From Eledone cirrhosa (lineage: Eukaryota): DNA of 64,000 bases. Below the pieces are notes generated by a model. It was not told the origin of the DNA. It saw nothing but the letters and a program-made list of their open reading frames with translations, and searched no databases. A program made the translations under genes and the position numbers. Location: positions 90,830,001 through 90,894,000 of the forward strand of contig OZ024742.1 in the NCBI GenBank assembly GCA_964016885.1, read 5' to 3'. Below, in pieces: positions 14,550-27,245 of this stretch (position 1 is the stretch's first letter; the number at the start of each line of letters is the position of its first letter).

Positions 14550-14753
14550 CGTTTCTGAATTTGTTTAGCAAGATTCTTTATCTGAAATCGTGTGTTGAAA
14601 CCGATATTGTTATACTTTGGGAGGGTCATGTTGCCAATAAGAAACACACGCACCAGTTGCTTTCACTTCAATTTATTATATATTTATAAATTTATAAATT
14701 TATAAATTACTGGTTGGTTGGTTGATTCCACAACCAGATAGTTGTTTATATAT

Positions 14754-14798
14754 ACTCATAGTTCTTTCGTCACACACTCTGTGACCTCTTCAGTGACT
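14754..14798 (-). ncRNA. Type I hammerhead ribozyme, family C
   Basis: Reverse complement of the 20253-20297 motif, with mismatches in stem I. Confidence 0.7.
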
Positions 14799-14998
14799 GG
14801 GGATTCCTTTCTTTGTTTCTGTGCCTCTCCTTTGTTCTGTCCTACGCCATTTTGTTTCTGTGTGTGTGTTGTGTGCTCAGTCTGCCCATGCGCCACATCC
14901 GGGTGTCTGTGTGTGTTTATGTTCATTTATTTATTTGTTTATTTACATGTTACTGGTTGGTTGTTTGTTCTATGTGTGTGTGTGTTTTCATTTTGTCC

Positions 14999-17900
14999 TT
15001 AATTGTAAGTTATGATGTTGCTGTTCCACTCATATTTTCTATTTAATTTTGGTTGTAATTCTTTTATGTTTATTGCCTCTGTAATTTGTCTAAACATTGC
15101 GTCTTTTCTGTGTGTAGATTCTATTTTTATTTCTATGTTCTCTAATTTACCCTTGTGTTCTATCTTAGCATGTTGGTAGAGTACAGATGATTCTTTATTA
15201 TCCTGAAGGTCTCGCCAGTGTTCATTTATCCGTTCCCCTACACTACGAGCTGTCTCACCTATGTACACTATATTTTTGTCTCTACATTGTCCTTCAGTAC
15301 ATCTTATGCTATACACTACATTTCTAGTTTTACAGTTAATATGGGGGCTTATTTTACAGGTTATACATTTCTTATCTATACATGAGGGTCTTTAAAAAGG
15401 GTATGTCTTGCTAATAAGTGTTTTTACGGAGGTACCTGGTCTTTCTACTATCTTAATATTGAGTTTATGTTTATTTAGGGCCCTTCTAAATTTGTAAGCT
15501 AATTCACCTCTAGGGGTTGTATTGATGAACATTACACTCTAGTATTTATTGCTATCATACCATGAGTTTATTCTATTAGCCTTGTTCCTAGTTCTTTCTA
15601 TTCTATTCCAAAATTTGCTCCTATACAAGGGGCAGGTCCCATTTATGTCATTATTTACCATTTTTTCCCATTTGGTTCTGGCTCCTCTATACACTCTGAT
15701 TTTATCTCTCTGATTGTAGCCAGAGAACTTCATACGGTGGATGAAGTGTTGTATGTGTCTCTCTAGTTCTTCGGGGTTGCACATGCGGGACACATTTCTC
15801 ATCACCCGTACCAAATCCGCAATCAGTATGTTGATTTTGGTATGGTCCGAAATGACCGAGTTTCGGTGGATCAGATGTTTGGAAGTCATGGGTTTGGCAT
15901 AATGGGAATGGAGGATTTGTTTTTTGTTGTTAATGGTATCTAACCAGAGCTCTGTGTCTAGTACAGGTAATCGATGGTTGGGGTGTTTACTTGGGTAGTC
16001 TATAGTAACTCTAATGCTCTGGTGGATGGAGTTTGCTATTTGCTGGATGCTTTCCATTGTGTTTTTCTCTAGTTCCTGACTGTTCTCTAGTGGGGGTGTC
16101 TTAACTACGATGTTTATATCATCTACGTAGCGGGAGTACATTATCAGGGTTAAGGGGTCTTCTAATTGTTCTTTAAGTTTAAGTTTAAGTATACTGTCCC
16201 ACCATACCATGAATAAGTTAGCTATGTCGCCTGCAATGCTAACACCAATGGCTGCTCCTCCCTCTTGGGCATATGTTTTTCCATTAAATTTGAACATATG
16301 TTCCTTAAGGGTTAGTTTTATGCTGGCCCCTACCGCATGTGCAATCATTTTCTTCAGTTCATCGTGGTTTTCGGGTGTCCGTATGGCTCTGGTCCACCCG
16401 TTCCATCTATCTGTGTGGGTTTTCTTGCCATTGAGGTAATGGTAGGTGGTCTGCCTCTTGCTGGTCTTGTAGGGCACAGGTTGCTAAGGTCATATGTGTC
16501 TAGGTAACTATTACTATAGGTAAGCTTAAGTAGGAGTCCCAGCTCACTGGTATCAATCCCACGGAACTCAACCTTGCTCTCACTGATCATTTCTATGCAT
16601 TTCTCCACAGCAAAATCCACGTCAATAGATGGATACAGAGACACAACATCCATACTGCCTATTATGCAGTTTGTTAGGTCACCAGATCGGTTACTCACGC
16701 CGATTCTGCTGAGGAGGTCCTCCATGCTGTCACATACATCTGGGGACATTTCAATGATGGGGCGTATGATCAGGGAGAGGAAGTAGGACAGTCTGTAGTT
16801 ACTAGCAATGTTAGCCCCACAGACTGGCCGCGTTGGTGGTCCCGCGACAGGGTCACAGCCCGTTTTATGGTCTTTTCGAAGCCCATACAACGCCGGCACG
16901 TCATTGTTCCAGGCCTGGAAGTTGTTGGCAGACCTTTTGTTGGGCTGCATTATATTCGTCCACATCACTATATGGGCATTGAGGGCTTTTTCTCTATCCT
17001 CATGCTCCTGTGGTGTTATCTCTCTTGTGTTAGTGATGTGGGGTTGCATTGCCTGGATGTAGTTTGGCAGGCTGTCAACCGACATTCTGCCAGACTTGTC
17101 TGTTGGAAAGCATGCTATCTCTCCATTACGTGAGCGCTGCATGAGCTTACGCAAGTCATTTGCAGATTTTTCTCCCAGTTTCTGGGCCTCCATTCCATTA
17201 TGCTTCTTGCTATACTGTTCTATAATATTTCTAAGTTCGGATCTAGCTATAGTAAATTGTGCTTCTGTTTGTTCATCGACCTGTGACGGCAATTGCGTGC
17301 GTTTGTTAAATGGCAAAGTCGTGGCGTGGACTCGTCGCAGGTCGAATGATTTATCGGAGGGATTATAAAACGTAGAGTTCCAGGCTGCTGCTTTATGTGT
17401 ACTAGTGCTATTGTTATTGTTAGTTGTGTTGTTTCTATTTCTATTTCCACCAACAGCCTCATGGTTGTTTCTATGTCACTCATAATTACTCATGTCTCTT
17501 TCCACTGGCTCATTGTTGTTATCTACCCTATTTTGTGTGTCTGTGTGTTCGTCTTGGTTATTCTCTTTGTCCTTAGTCTCCCTTCTCCTTTTAATCCTAT
17601 TACTTTCCCTTATTTCTGTGATTTCTGTGCTACTGTCATTACTTGTTTTCTGTGTCTGTGTGTTTGTTAAGATTGTGGTGGTGGTGAGAGGCATTGAATG
17701 CGTGTGTGTTGTTGTTGTTGATGTGTGCTATTGTTGATGTGTGTTGTTGTTGTCTCCGTGTGTGTTATTGTTGTTGTGTGTGTTGTTATTGTTGTTTGTG
17801 TCTGCGTGTCTGTTGTTGTTGTTTCTGGGTATGTTGTTATTGTTGTTGTTGTTGATGTGTGTGTTGTTGTTATTGTTGTTTGTGTCTGTGTGTCTGTTGT

Positions 17901-18676
17901 TGTTGGGATGTGTGTTGTTTAAGTGTGTGCGTATATTGTTGCTTTTGTTTTTGTTTTGTTTTTGAGGCTCCAGCGTAGTTTTGTAAATGATTTTTCTATT
18001 TCTGACAGACAACTAATCATATTTACCTTCTTGAATGTCGCAAATTTCGGGGGTAAACATAACACAGACATCTCGTCGTTATCTATTCTTGCGTTACCAT
18101 ATATATTTGTGTTGTTGTTGTTGTTGAACTCTTCTGTTAATGAGGTGTCGGCCATATTTATACCGTCAATTTTGTCGGGATATCTATTGGTATTCTCTAT
18201 AGTATCCTGATTTAGCTTTATCTGCTTAAGCCACTTTAGTTTCTTGTTAAAGTGCTTATCACATTCTTGAGTAATGTACTGTTCTTCAGGGCGTATAAGG
18301 CTTATAAATATTAGTTTCTCTCTTGGTGTGGTGATCCTAGCTATTTCTTGTATTAGGTTACGCTTATGTTTTTCTTGATGACTTAATTCTCTATAGATCT
18401 TCTTTTTTTATGTTTAGAATTAATGTTCGTTTTAGCCTATCTGCTTGTTTTTTGGTGAGTTGTAATCTTCTAACGTCGGTGTTGATGGTGTTGGTGTAGA
18501 CTCTGGATGAGGCACATTGTTTTATGAAGTGTAGTTGTCGAGATGTTATGGTTTTTCGTAGACAACAGAACATGGTGGTTTTCAGTATCTTGTTAGCCTG
18601 GCTAAGGCTCACGATATTTCGTTTCTGAATTTGTTTAGCAAGATTCTTTATCTGAAATCGTGTGTTGAAACCGATA
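14999..18676 (-). pseudogene. PLE polyprotein (N-terminal domain, RT, GIY-YIG), disrupted
   Basis: Motifs across several frames: LCLPPKF, PTDKSG, LYGLRKDHK, TRPVCG, DVVSLYPSI, GAAIG, RYVDD, LPVLD, CxxxxCxxC, VVY...YIGETARSVGERINEH, EAINI, PKLN. Several frameshifts and stops. Confidence 0.9.
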
Positions 18677-18787
18677 TTTCTCCACAGCAAAATCCACGTC
18701 AATAGATGGATACAGGGACACAACATCCATACTGCCTATTATGCAGTTTGTTAGGTCACCAGATCGGTTACTCACGCCGATTCTGCG

Positions 18788-20052
18788 AGGAAGGAGCAGC
18801 CATTGTTGTTAGCATTGCAGGCGACATAGCTAACTTATTCATGGTATGGTGGGACAGTATACTTAAACTTAAACTTAAAGAACAATTAGAAGACCCCTTA
18901 ACCCTGATAATGTACTCCCGCTACGTAGATGATATAAACATCGTAGTTAAGACACCCCCACTAGAGAACAGTCAGGAACTAGAGAAAAACACAATGGAAA
19001 GCATCCAGCAAATAGCAAACTCCATCCACCAGAGCATTAGAGTTACTATAGACTACCCAAGTAAACACCCCAACCATCGATTACCTGTACTAGACACAGA
19101 GCTCTGGTTAGATACCATTAACAACAAAAAACAAATCCTCCATTCCCATTATGCCAAACCCATGACTTCCAAACATCTGATCCACCGAAACTCGGTCATT
19201 TCGGACCATACCAAAATCAACATACTGATTGCGGATTTGGTACGGGTGATGAGAAATGTGTCCCGCATGTGCAACCCCGAAGAACTAGAGAGACACATAC
19301 AACACTTCATCCACCGTATGAAGTTCTCTGGCTACAATCAGAGAGATAAAATCAGAGTGTATAGAGGAGCCAGAACCAAATGGGAAATAATGGTAAATAA
19401 TGACATAAATGGGACCTGCCCCTTGTATAGGAGCAAATTTTGGAATAGAATAGAAAGAACTAGGAACAAGGCTAATAGAATAAACTCATGGTATGATAGC
19501 AATAAATACCAGAGTGTAATGTTCATCAATACAATCCCTAGAGGTGAATTAGCTTACACATTTAGAAGGGCCCTAAATAAACATAAACTCAATATTAAGA
19601 TAGTAGAAAGACCAGGTACCTCCGTAAAAACACTTATTAGCAAGGCATACCCTTTTTAAAGACCCTCATGTATAGATAAGAAATGTATAACCTGTAAAAT
19701 AAGCCCCCATATTAACTGTAAAACTAGAAATGTAGTGTATAGCATAAGATGTACTGAAGGACAATGTAGAGACAAAAATATAGTGTACATAGGTGAGACA
19801 GCTCGTAGTGTAGGGGAACGGATAAATGAACACTGGCGAGACCTTCAAGGTATTAAAGAATCATCTGTACTCTACCAACATGCTAAGATAGAACACAAGG
19901 GTAAATTAGAGAACATAGAAATAAAAATAGAATCTACACACAGAAAAGACGCAATGTTTAGACAAATTACAGAGGCAATAAACATAAAAGAATTACAACC
20001 AAAATTAAATAGAAAATATGAGTGGAACAGCAACATCATAACTTACAATTAA
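18788..20052 (+). pseudogene. Inverted copy of PLE RT C-terminal half plus GIY-YIG
   Basis: ORFs 18706..19659 and 19735..20052 are in the same frame, separated by one TAA, and nearly identical to the minus arm. Confidence 0.9.
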
Positions 20053-20252
20053 GGACAAAATGAAAACACACACACACATAGAACAAACAACCAACCAGTA
20101 ACATGTAAATAAACAAATAAATAAATGAACATAAACACACACAGACACCCGGATGTGGCGCATGCGCAGACTGAGCACACAACACACACAGAGAAACAAA
20201 ATGGCGTAGGACAGAACAAAGGAGAGGCACAGAAACAAAGAAAGGAATCCCC

Positions 20253-20297
20253 AGTCACTGAAGAGGTCACAGAGTGTGTGACGAAAGAACTTTGACT
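20253..20297 (+). ncRNA. Type I hammerhead ribozyme, family C
   Basis: AGTCA-CTGAAGA-G-GTCAC agagtgt GTGAC-GAAA-GAAC-T-T-TGACT, ~200 nt downstream of the PLE stop. Copies at 40374-40418(-), 50659-50703(-) and 50806-50850(+). Confidence 0.85.
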
Positions 20298-20545
20298 ATA
20301 TATAAACAACTATCTGGTTGTGGAACCAACCAACCAACCAGTAATTTATAAATTTATAAATTTATAAATATATAATAAATTGAAGTGAAAGCAACTGGTG
20401 CGTGTGTTTCTTATTGGCAACATGACCCTCCCAAAGTATAACAATATATATATATATATATAAATGGCTTCTACAGGACTACAACAATTTAATTCGAATG
20501 AATAAGCGAGACGCTTTTATGTGTACATCTTTTTATTACATAATT

Positions 20546-20613
20546 CTGTTATAGTATTTCGAAGATATCAGCGTGGTTGCATAATAACCTTCTGACATGT
20601 TCTCTTCAGACAG
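20546..20613 (-). ncRNA. Type I hammerhead ribozyme with extended stem II
   Basis: Minus strand CTGT-CTGAAGA-GAA c ATGTCAG...CTGATAT c TTC-GAAA-TACTA-T-A-ACAG. Confidence 0.75.
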
Positions 20614-21672
20614 TTTGAGATGTATGATATTTTAGGTTTTGATATGTTACTGGTTCATCGTTATGTTTACATTTTTTCTGTCTCCAGCCGTACTTTATTT
20701 GATTTTCTTGATTATTATATATAGTGATCGACTATCATAATGGTTATTTGCGTTGGGACACACAATTTCAAATTTTCACAATGCTTCTTAAGTCAACTGC
20801 GTATGTGAGTAGGAATATAGATAGATGGATTGGTAGATAAAAAATCAACAGGATATAGCTCAAAACCAATGCATAGGTTGACAATGAAATCACTAAAAAT
20901 CATCAACTTACAATACTCACTATAAAAAAAAAACATAATATAACAGCAAATAAATAGTAGATTTTTAAAAATAGATAAAAATCCAAACAATAAGGTAAAG
21001 AAGCAGATAGCGATATAGAGCATTTCTGGATGTAGAATGTAGCTTAGTAGCCAGCGAAACAATAGCAGAAACGATAATAGCTAAATAAATAAATAACTTC
21101 ATTGAAATACAAGGAGAGGAAACTAAATATAAAAATCAACAACACCTTCGCAATCTTCATGCCAGCTATACTGATTGATGTTTAAAAATTACTCTTTTTT
21201 AGTGAGATCCTGACTTTGCTACCTGACTATCATACAAAACAGTTTTCAGTCAGGCACGTATTGAGATTGAAAAACTATAAAATATTGGAGAAAACTAGTC
21301 AAAAAATAACGGAAGAGAAAGATAAAAAGAAAAAGAAGGACAATGAATATAAAAACAGAAAAGAAAACGTCTACATTTAAACGTACAACACAGATGACAG
21401 ATATAAGAGAAAGAAGAAAAATCTAACAAAGCCAGTAGCACAATGATAAAGATTTAGTTCTGTCGTCTGTTTCAGATTAAGTAATGGTCGCAATTGTTTG
21501 AAAAGGTGTCATTGATTTAAGCTCCATGAGGTAATTCGTCATTGCTACGTAATTTTGCCCCTGGTAATGTCACACACCTAGATATCAAAACTGGGGCATA
21601 TTCTTCTGGTTTGTACAGAAAGGAACAAAATACGGGTGAGAAATACGTGCAATATATGTACTAGTGTCAGCT

Positions 21673-21760
21673 GAAAAGTTCGTAATCTGAAAAATTCATA
21701 GGCTGAACAAGATACTCTCATGGAATGATCAAATTAGATTTATTTTTCAACATAGTCCCT
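21673..21760 (+). mobile_element. Possible mariner-like terminal fragment
   Basis: gaaaaattcataggctgaacaagatactctcatggaatg...tttatttttcaacatagtccc resembles mariner-type subterminal sequence; recognised from memory only. Confidence 0.3.
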
Positions 21761-22571
21761 GGAACGAAACAATGCACTTATTAATAAGAAGAGTTGAAAT
21801 TAATGTAGGCAAGATTTCACAGCCCTAGCATCACTCTTCCATGTGTGTACGTGTCTGAATATATATCTCACATCATACTAGACTTATCGAGCCAGAAACA
21901 GTCACATATAATTCAGTTGGCTGCAACCATCTTGTATTTTTATTATGTACGAATACGTTTTTTAATGTGTTCTTTCCTTATTTAAAATAGTAACAATTTG
22001 GTTTAAGTGTTATTTGGCTCCTATTTCTAGACGAGCTAGTATCCACTTGTTGGTGAGTATGATGTATAAAAGTGTATAGTCATCTAATTCGAGTCCAAGA
22101 GTCTTGGGTCGGCCGGATAAACGAAATAAAATAAATTACATATAGCTTTAGGTTCGGTGTTCTATGATTTTTACTTTGGTAGAAGGAATCATTAGAAAAT
22201 AGTAATTCTTTTATTTTGTAGCACTGACATATCCGTCCAAGGTGAACACCTATAACTGGATATTAAAGTCTGGTAGACATCATTCCTTCAAATAACAGGT
22301 GTGGACACAACTGCATGGGTATTTTCTGTGGGAGTTTCTCCTAACAACTTAGAATATGATGAAAGCATAAACTACCACCTTCCTGGCAATGAAACAGGCT
22401 CGATCTGGTTGTTTAACTTGCTAAAGATGACAAACAAATCTCCCTATTTTAAAAAAAATACGACCGTCGCAACAGTGTAGTTCTAGATATACAAATAGAT
22501 GGGATAGGAACGGTTGGAAACCCTTTGATTTTAGGTATGCTCAGTAATGACTGATCTGGGGTCAGACATCA

Positions 22572-22615
22572 CTACCACCACCACCACCACCACCACCACC
22601 AACAACAACAACAGC

Positions 22616-22688
<73 letters not shown>

Positions 22689-22690
22689 AC
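22572..22690. repeat. (CCA)n(CAA)n microsatellite
   Basis: Direct reading. Confidence 0.95.
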
Positions 22691-23149
22691 CTTGACATAA
22701 TAATGAGATTGTAACCTTAGCACTAGTAAGAAAAAAGTAATCATATAACGCCATCACATTTTATACAAAATTAGCCAATCCCGCAGGAATCAATTTAATT
22801 ATTCGTAATACCTTCCTTTAAATAAACATTTCATAAATATGCATCCTTCGTCTATGAACATATTGAGACAGTTTTTCTCGACAGAATGTATCGATGCCTT
22901 TTTTATTAGAGGTTGATTTGAGGAAGTAATATTTTCTATTTCTAGCGTGTCCTATCGGCCATCCTTGAAAACATTTATTTTTCTGTGAAATCATCTATGA
23001 ACTGTTTATCATTTCTGTAATTTTGTTCAAATGGCTGTTGTTGTTGGAATTGTTATTGCTGTTGTTGATGTTGTTGGTTTCTGCTTCGTAATGACGTTGT
23101 TGTTGTTTTCGATGTTGGTATCACTGTTATTGTTGATATTATTGTAGAA

Positions 23150-23360
23150 GTTGGATTGGCAGCAGAGACAGAGCGTCGGATAATATGTTCAGCGGCATAT
23201 AACTGTCGTTTACGCTCGGAGTTCAAATCCTGCCGAGGTTAGCTTTGCCTTTCATCTTTACGGAGTCGATAAAATAAAGTACCAGTAACGCACTAGGGTT
23301 AATTTAATTGACTTTCCTCTCCCACAAATTGTTGGCCTTGTGCCTAAATTAGAAATAATT
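23150..23360 (+). mobile_element. tRNA-derived SINE, diverged
   Basis: gttcaaatcctgccgaggttagctttgcctttcatc...gtcgataaaataaagtaccagt. Confidence 0.8.
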
Positions 23361-24639
23361 ATTATAGACGTTGATCAACCGTGTGTTGCTAATAAAGAAA
23401 TTATTATTGTAGACATTGATATTATTCTTAATAATGTTTGAACAATGTTGTAACTTTTAACAATGTTATTAGTATTGTTCTTGCTGACGTTATGTATGTT
23501 GACACTGATGATGTTACTGTTGGTAGTGTCAGGGTTGATATTGTAGTTGATAATGATGATGTTAATGTTGAAGTTTTGTTTAGTGTTGTTTTTATATTTC
23601 TATTGAAAGTTGATAAATATTGCAATGTATTATAATGTGTTATTACACTCTCCTATGTTACTATTGATTAATAATGTTGATGTTACTATTGTTATACACT
23701 TGCGATTGTTTTGTAGTGTAACCCAAAACCAGCGATGATAAGCAATCTGGGCATGTTGAACTCCCACTACACTACCGTCTGTTCTTGTATATCATTTTTT
23801 TTTTATTTGCTGTTATTGTTTAGAGCCATGTCTGTCCTGATTGAGTAAACCTATGATTAAAAGCATTCCCGAAATGACCCATTTGTCTCTCTTCTGTTTC
23901 TAAGACTACATTTTAGTGTGTTCTTCCTTATTTAAAACAACAGGGAGTGATTTACAGGTTAGCTGATACTTCGAGAATATTGTGTAGCCACCTAACAGTT
24001 TCCTACTTGGCTCATCGGTTGGTTTTATTATTTGGTGGCCACAACAGAGGCGGGCAAGATCAACTATGTTTTTCACGAGTAAGCTATTGGTTTTCTACTT
24101 TTATTAAACTGGGTTATATTTTGAAACAAAAGCATTTGCTTTTTTTTAAGGAAAAGTGGCCACCACGATGTTTCTATGCTTTTACAATTTGCGTATCAAG
24201 TCAATATTCTTTTTTATTTTAGCAATAATATGCGTATGAAATTGCAATTGAATTGTATAATAGCTAGGATAGGTATTTGAATTATTTTATGGGAAGCTCT
24301 AGCCCTCTTTCCTAAACATTTATGTATTACGTTAGACTTATATTTATGGAAGTTGGAGGTAATATTTATGCAAATTCTGTAGTTCTTACATTCTCCAACC
24401 ATGAAAAATAACCCAGTAAAATTGACATTATATCGCACCAATTACATTTATCATGGAAAACAGCACCATATTGTGGGACGAAATGCATTAGCCAGTTAAC
24501 AAATTCCACTTCTTTCACGGTAAACGTCTGAAGAATAGGAGTAAAATCGAAGACGGTTCGGCAAGTGTACTGTTTAATGAGTCAGCTCTCTGTTTTGTGT
24601 TGGATTTTCGTACAGGATTACTTTCGTTTTGTTATCTTA

Positions 24640-25240
24640 TTACTAATAGTCTGTGCCATCATACTTTTATTCCAACTCATCTGGACTTCTTTTACCATTG
24701 TTTTTAAGTATGGCAGAAATGCTCTACTTGCTCTTCTTTAACAGCCTCTAAATTAATAAGGAATAGGTTTAAATTACTCTTGATAAAATACACTTTGGTG
24801 TTCACGTTGTGCCCTAACCTCTGTAAAGAAAAGAAATACCTTATTCATCAGATTTTCATAGTTTTTACATTTTTTTGTTGCCGAAAGAATTTTCAAAACC
24901 TTTGTGAATGCTACCCTCACTTCTATTAAGTAAACACTTAAGTAGTTCATCTTTCGTTAACGTTCATATCTTAACCTTATCAAAGACACTCTTAAAGCAG
25001 AAAAATGTCCACAGCGATATTTGAAAGGATCACCAAGCTTATCTAAAGCTTTTACAAATAATGTTATCAACACTTTTACCGTAATATACCAACGAGGTTG
25101 TTGTAGTGTATGTGATTTGTAAAAAGTTAATTTGACGTTCATCGTTAAACAAAGTCTTGTGGATACTACTTCAGATTTGAAAGAATATAATGGTTTGGAA
25201 TGAAGTATTAATACTATCGACAATGTTTCTGACATGCCAA
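24640..25240 (-). pseudogene. Decayed DNA transposase, CMC/Chapaev-3-like C-terminal half
   Basis: Fragments in different frames, in the expected order: LFVKALDKLGDPFKYRC..FSAL, FGNKK..NYENL, NLEAVKEEQVEHF, WNKSMMA.DY. These match my recollection of FVKALD...FLGN.K..NY...NLGAVSDEQGERFHQ...W...MMADYCW. Confidence 0.6.
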
Positions 25241-25905
25241 AACGGGTAATTTTGTATTTCTTGCTTATTCATTTTAACGAAAATGTTGGTCTGTAAAGCA
25301 GAATATTTAAATTAATGCATGCAAGATTTCACAGCCCTAACATCATTCCTCCATAGCCAGCCTATGAACTTTTAATCCCACACTCCTATACCACACTCCT
25401 AACACTCTTAATATGGTGAGCATCATAATTTTAATTACTGAAGACTGTATATGTATCCAGGGGATGAAAATATTGAACAATCATTAAGTCAATCAAACAA
25501 AAGCAAAGACAGACAAATGAAAATATTTTTTTTAATTGGTTAGTCCATTAAAGTTTCAATTTCCTAGAATTGCTAATAGACCCAAAAGGTCAAGTGAAAT
25601 CTCGATGATAGCTTGAGACATGTGTCCGTTTTATTAGACCTTCTCAATGATGCAGAATGATCCACGTGTCTGCAAGACTGGTGAATAGAAAGGAATATAT
25701 GTACGTAGAGTATATGTACATATGCTAGTATGATAACACACAATAAAGTCCGAGGGGAATATGCCGTGTATAAGCATCCGTATAGTAGTAGTAAAGTAAG
25801 CTCCTATACATTTAAAGTAGCAAACTAGATCGATAGACAGTGTATTGTGTTATGTATTATATGAGTATTATATTATGTATTATATGATTGTGTTATGTAT
25901 TATAT

Positions 25906-26092
25906 AAGGGCGGTGGATTGGCAGTATCGGTAGAGGGTCAGGCACCATGCTTTCCAGCATAGTTACGTCCCTTTACGATCTAAGTTCAAATCCCGCCGAG
26001 GTTGACTTTGCCTTTCATCCTTACGGGGTCGATAAAATAAAGTACCAGTCATGCACTGGGTAATTGCTGGCCTTGTGCCTAAAGTAGAAACA
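25906..26092 (+). mobile_element. tRNA-derived SINE with 14-bp target-site duplication
   Basis: Same family as 5465; GTTATGTATTATAT occurs at 25892-25905 and 26093-26106. Confidence 0.88.
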
Positions 26093-26848
26093 GTTATGTA
26101 TTATATGAGTGTTCTTAAGTAATTCGTGCCCTAACCGGTAGGAGTGAATGAAGTTGAAAACTTTACATATGCAGAGGAGATTAGAATGGTACATGCTGAA
26201 TAGGTTTTGTTTTTGTTGTTGAAATAAATGTCTATATTTTGAGTGTAAGCTTGACGAGATGTTATCTGCGTGTTTTACAATTTTGGGATGTGGTTAAATG
26301 GGGATTAGTGATATCAAGGATAAGTGTTTCTAACATATTTTATTATAAATTCTGCATGGAAGTGTAAGAGGTTTTGGGGATGTGACTTAGAAACTGGATT
26401 GATTTTGTTAATGTTGATTAGTCACGGATTAGCTCTGATCAAGAAAATTTACTAACAGGTTCAGTATATCCAGATACGTCCAACCCTACTAATGTGTCCT
26501 TTCACTGTCATAGAGGTGGTAGGAATAATACCCGTGCTGTTATAGGTGTTATTTTTAGTGGTAATAGAAATATATGTGATAGAGGTGTGTGGTTATATAT
26601 TTTCTCTAGTATTGCTATTTGACTGGTTTTCTTGTGATTGTTTTTATACATCACTTTAGTTTGCTGCTCACTTACTTGAAATACTACCGCGAATGAAAAC
26701 AAAAAAGGACGAATGTCTAATTAGATTATGAAGCTTCAGATAGACGGTCTGAAACAAAAACAAATACAAAAATGTAGTCGAAAGAGCTGCTGGAACGACT
26801 ATGTTCGTATATAGTCTTTATCAAATCTCACCTAAGACTAAAAAACTA

Positions 26849-27245
26849 CAGGGTGGTCCGAAAGTCATGTCTCCCCGACATATTGTTTCTACGTTCATTA
26901 TTTTTTGGTTTAAGGGCGGTGGATTGGCAGTATCGGTAGAGGCTTGGACGACATGCTTTGACGCATACAGTTATAGCCCTTTCAGTTCAAATCCCGCCGA
27001 GGTCAACTTTGCCTTTCATCCTTACGGGGTCGATAAAATAAAGTACCAATAATGTACTGGGTAATTGCTGGCCTTCTGCAAAAGGTAGAAACAATTATTT
27101 TTTATTTTAATAATATAATATATAATATCATTAATTATATTATATAATAATTTTAATCGATTAAGCCAACATTCGTCAACGATCTAAGCGATAACGACAT
27201 GGATAAAAGACGTCGTAGGGGTGACAAACCTTTCGGACCACCCTG
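26849..27245. mobile_element. Tc1/mariner-type MITE with nested SINE
   Basis: TA-CAGGGTGGTCCGAAAG...CTTTCGGACCACCCTG-TA: perfect 16-bp terminal inverted repeat that extends imperfectly, with TA duplication. Confidence 0.85.
26914..27096 (+). mobile_element. tRNA-derived SINE
   Basis: Same family as 5465, located inside the MITE. Confidence 0.85.

Larger units (their letters stand above)
14546..20446. mobile_element. Penelope-like element (family C): near full-length minus copy plus inverted 3' copy
   Basis: Minus arm 14546-18677, a ~110-bp internal duplication at 18677-18787, then plus arm 18788-20446, which is the reverse complement of ~14605-16265. (TA)n on both sides. Confidence 0.92.

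Noticed and set aside
18706-18787. Novel N-terminus MDTGTQHPYCLLC of the 317-aa ORF
   Set aside because: It is the antisense reading of a duplicated RT fragment at the inversion junction.
19657-19659. Programmed readthrough or selenocysteine between RT and endonuclease
   Set aside because: The stop is TAA, not TGA, and an independent copy has CAA, so a point mutation is the simpler explanation.
22205-22350. Possible host exon after ttattttgtag
   Set aside because: Stops occur in the longer readings and there is no recognisable protein or partner exon.
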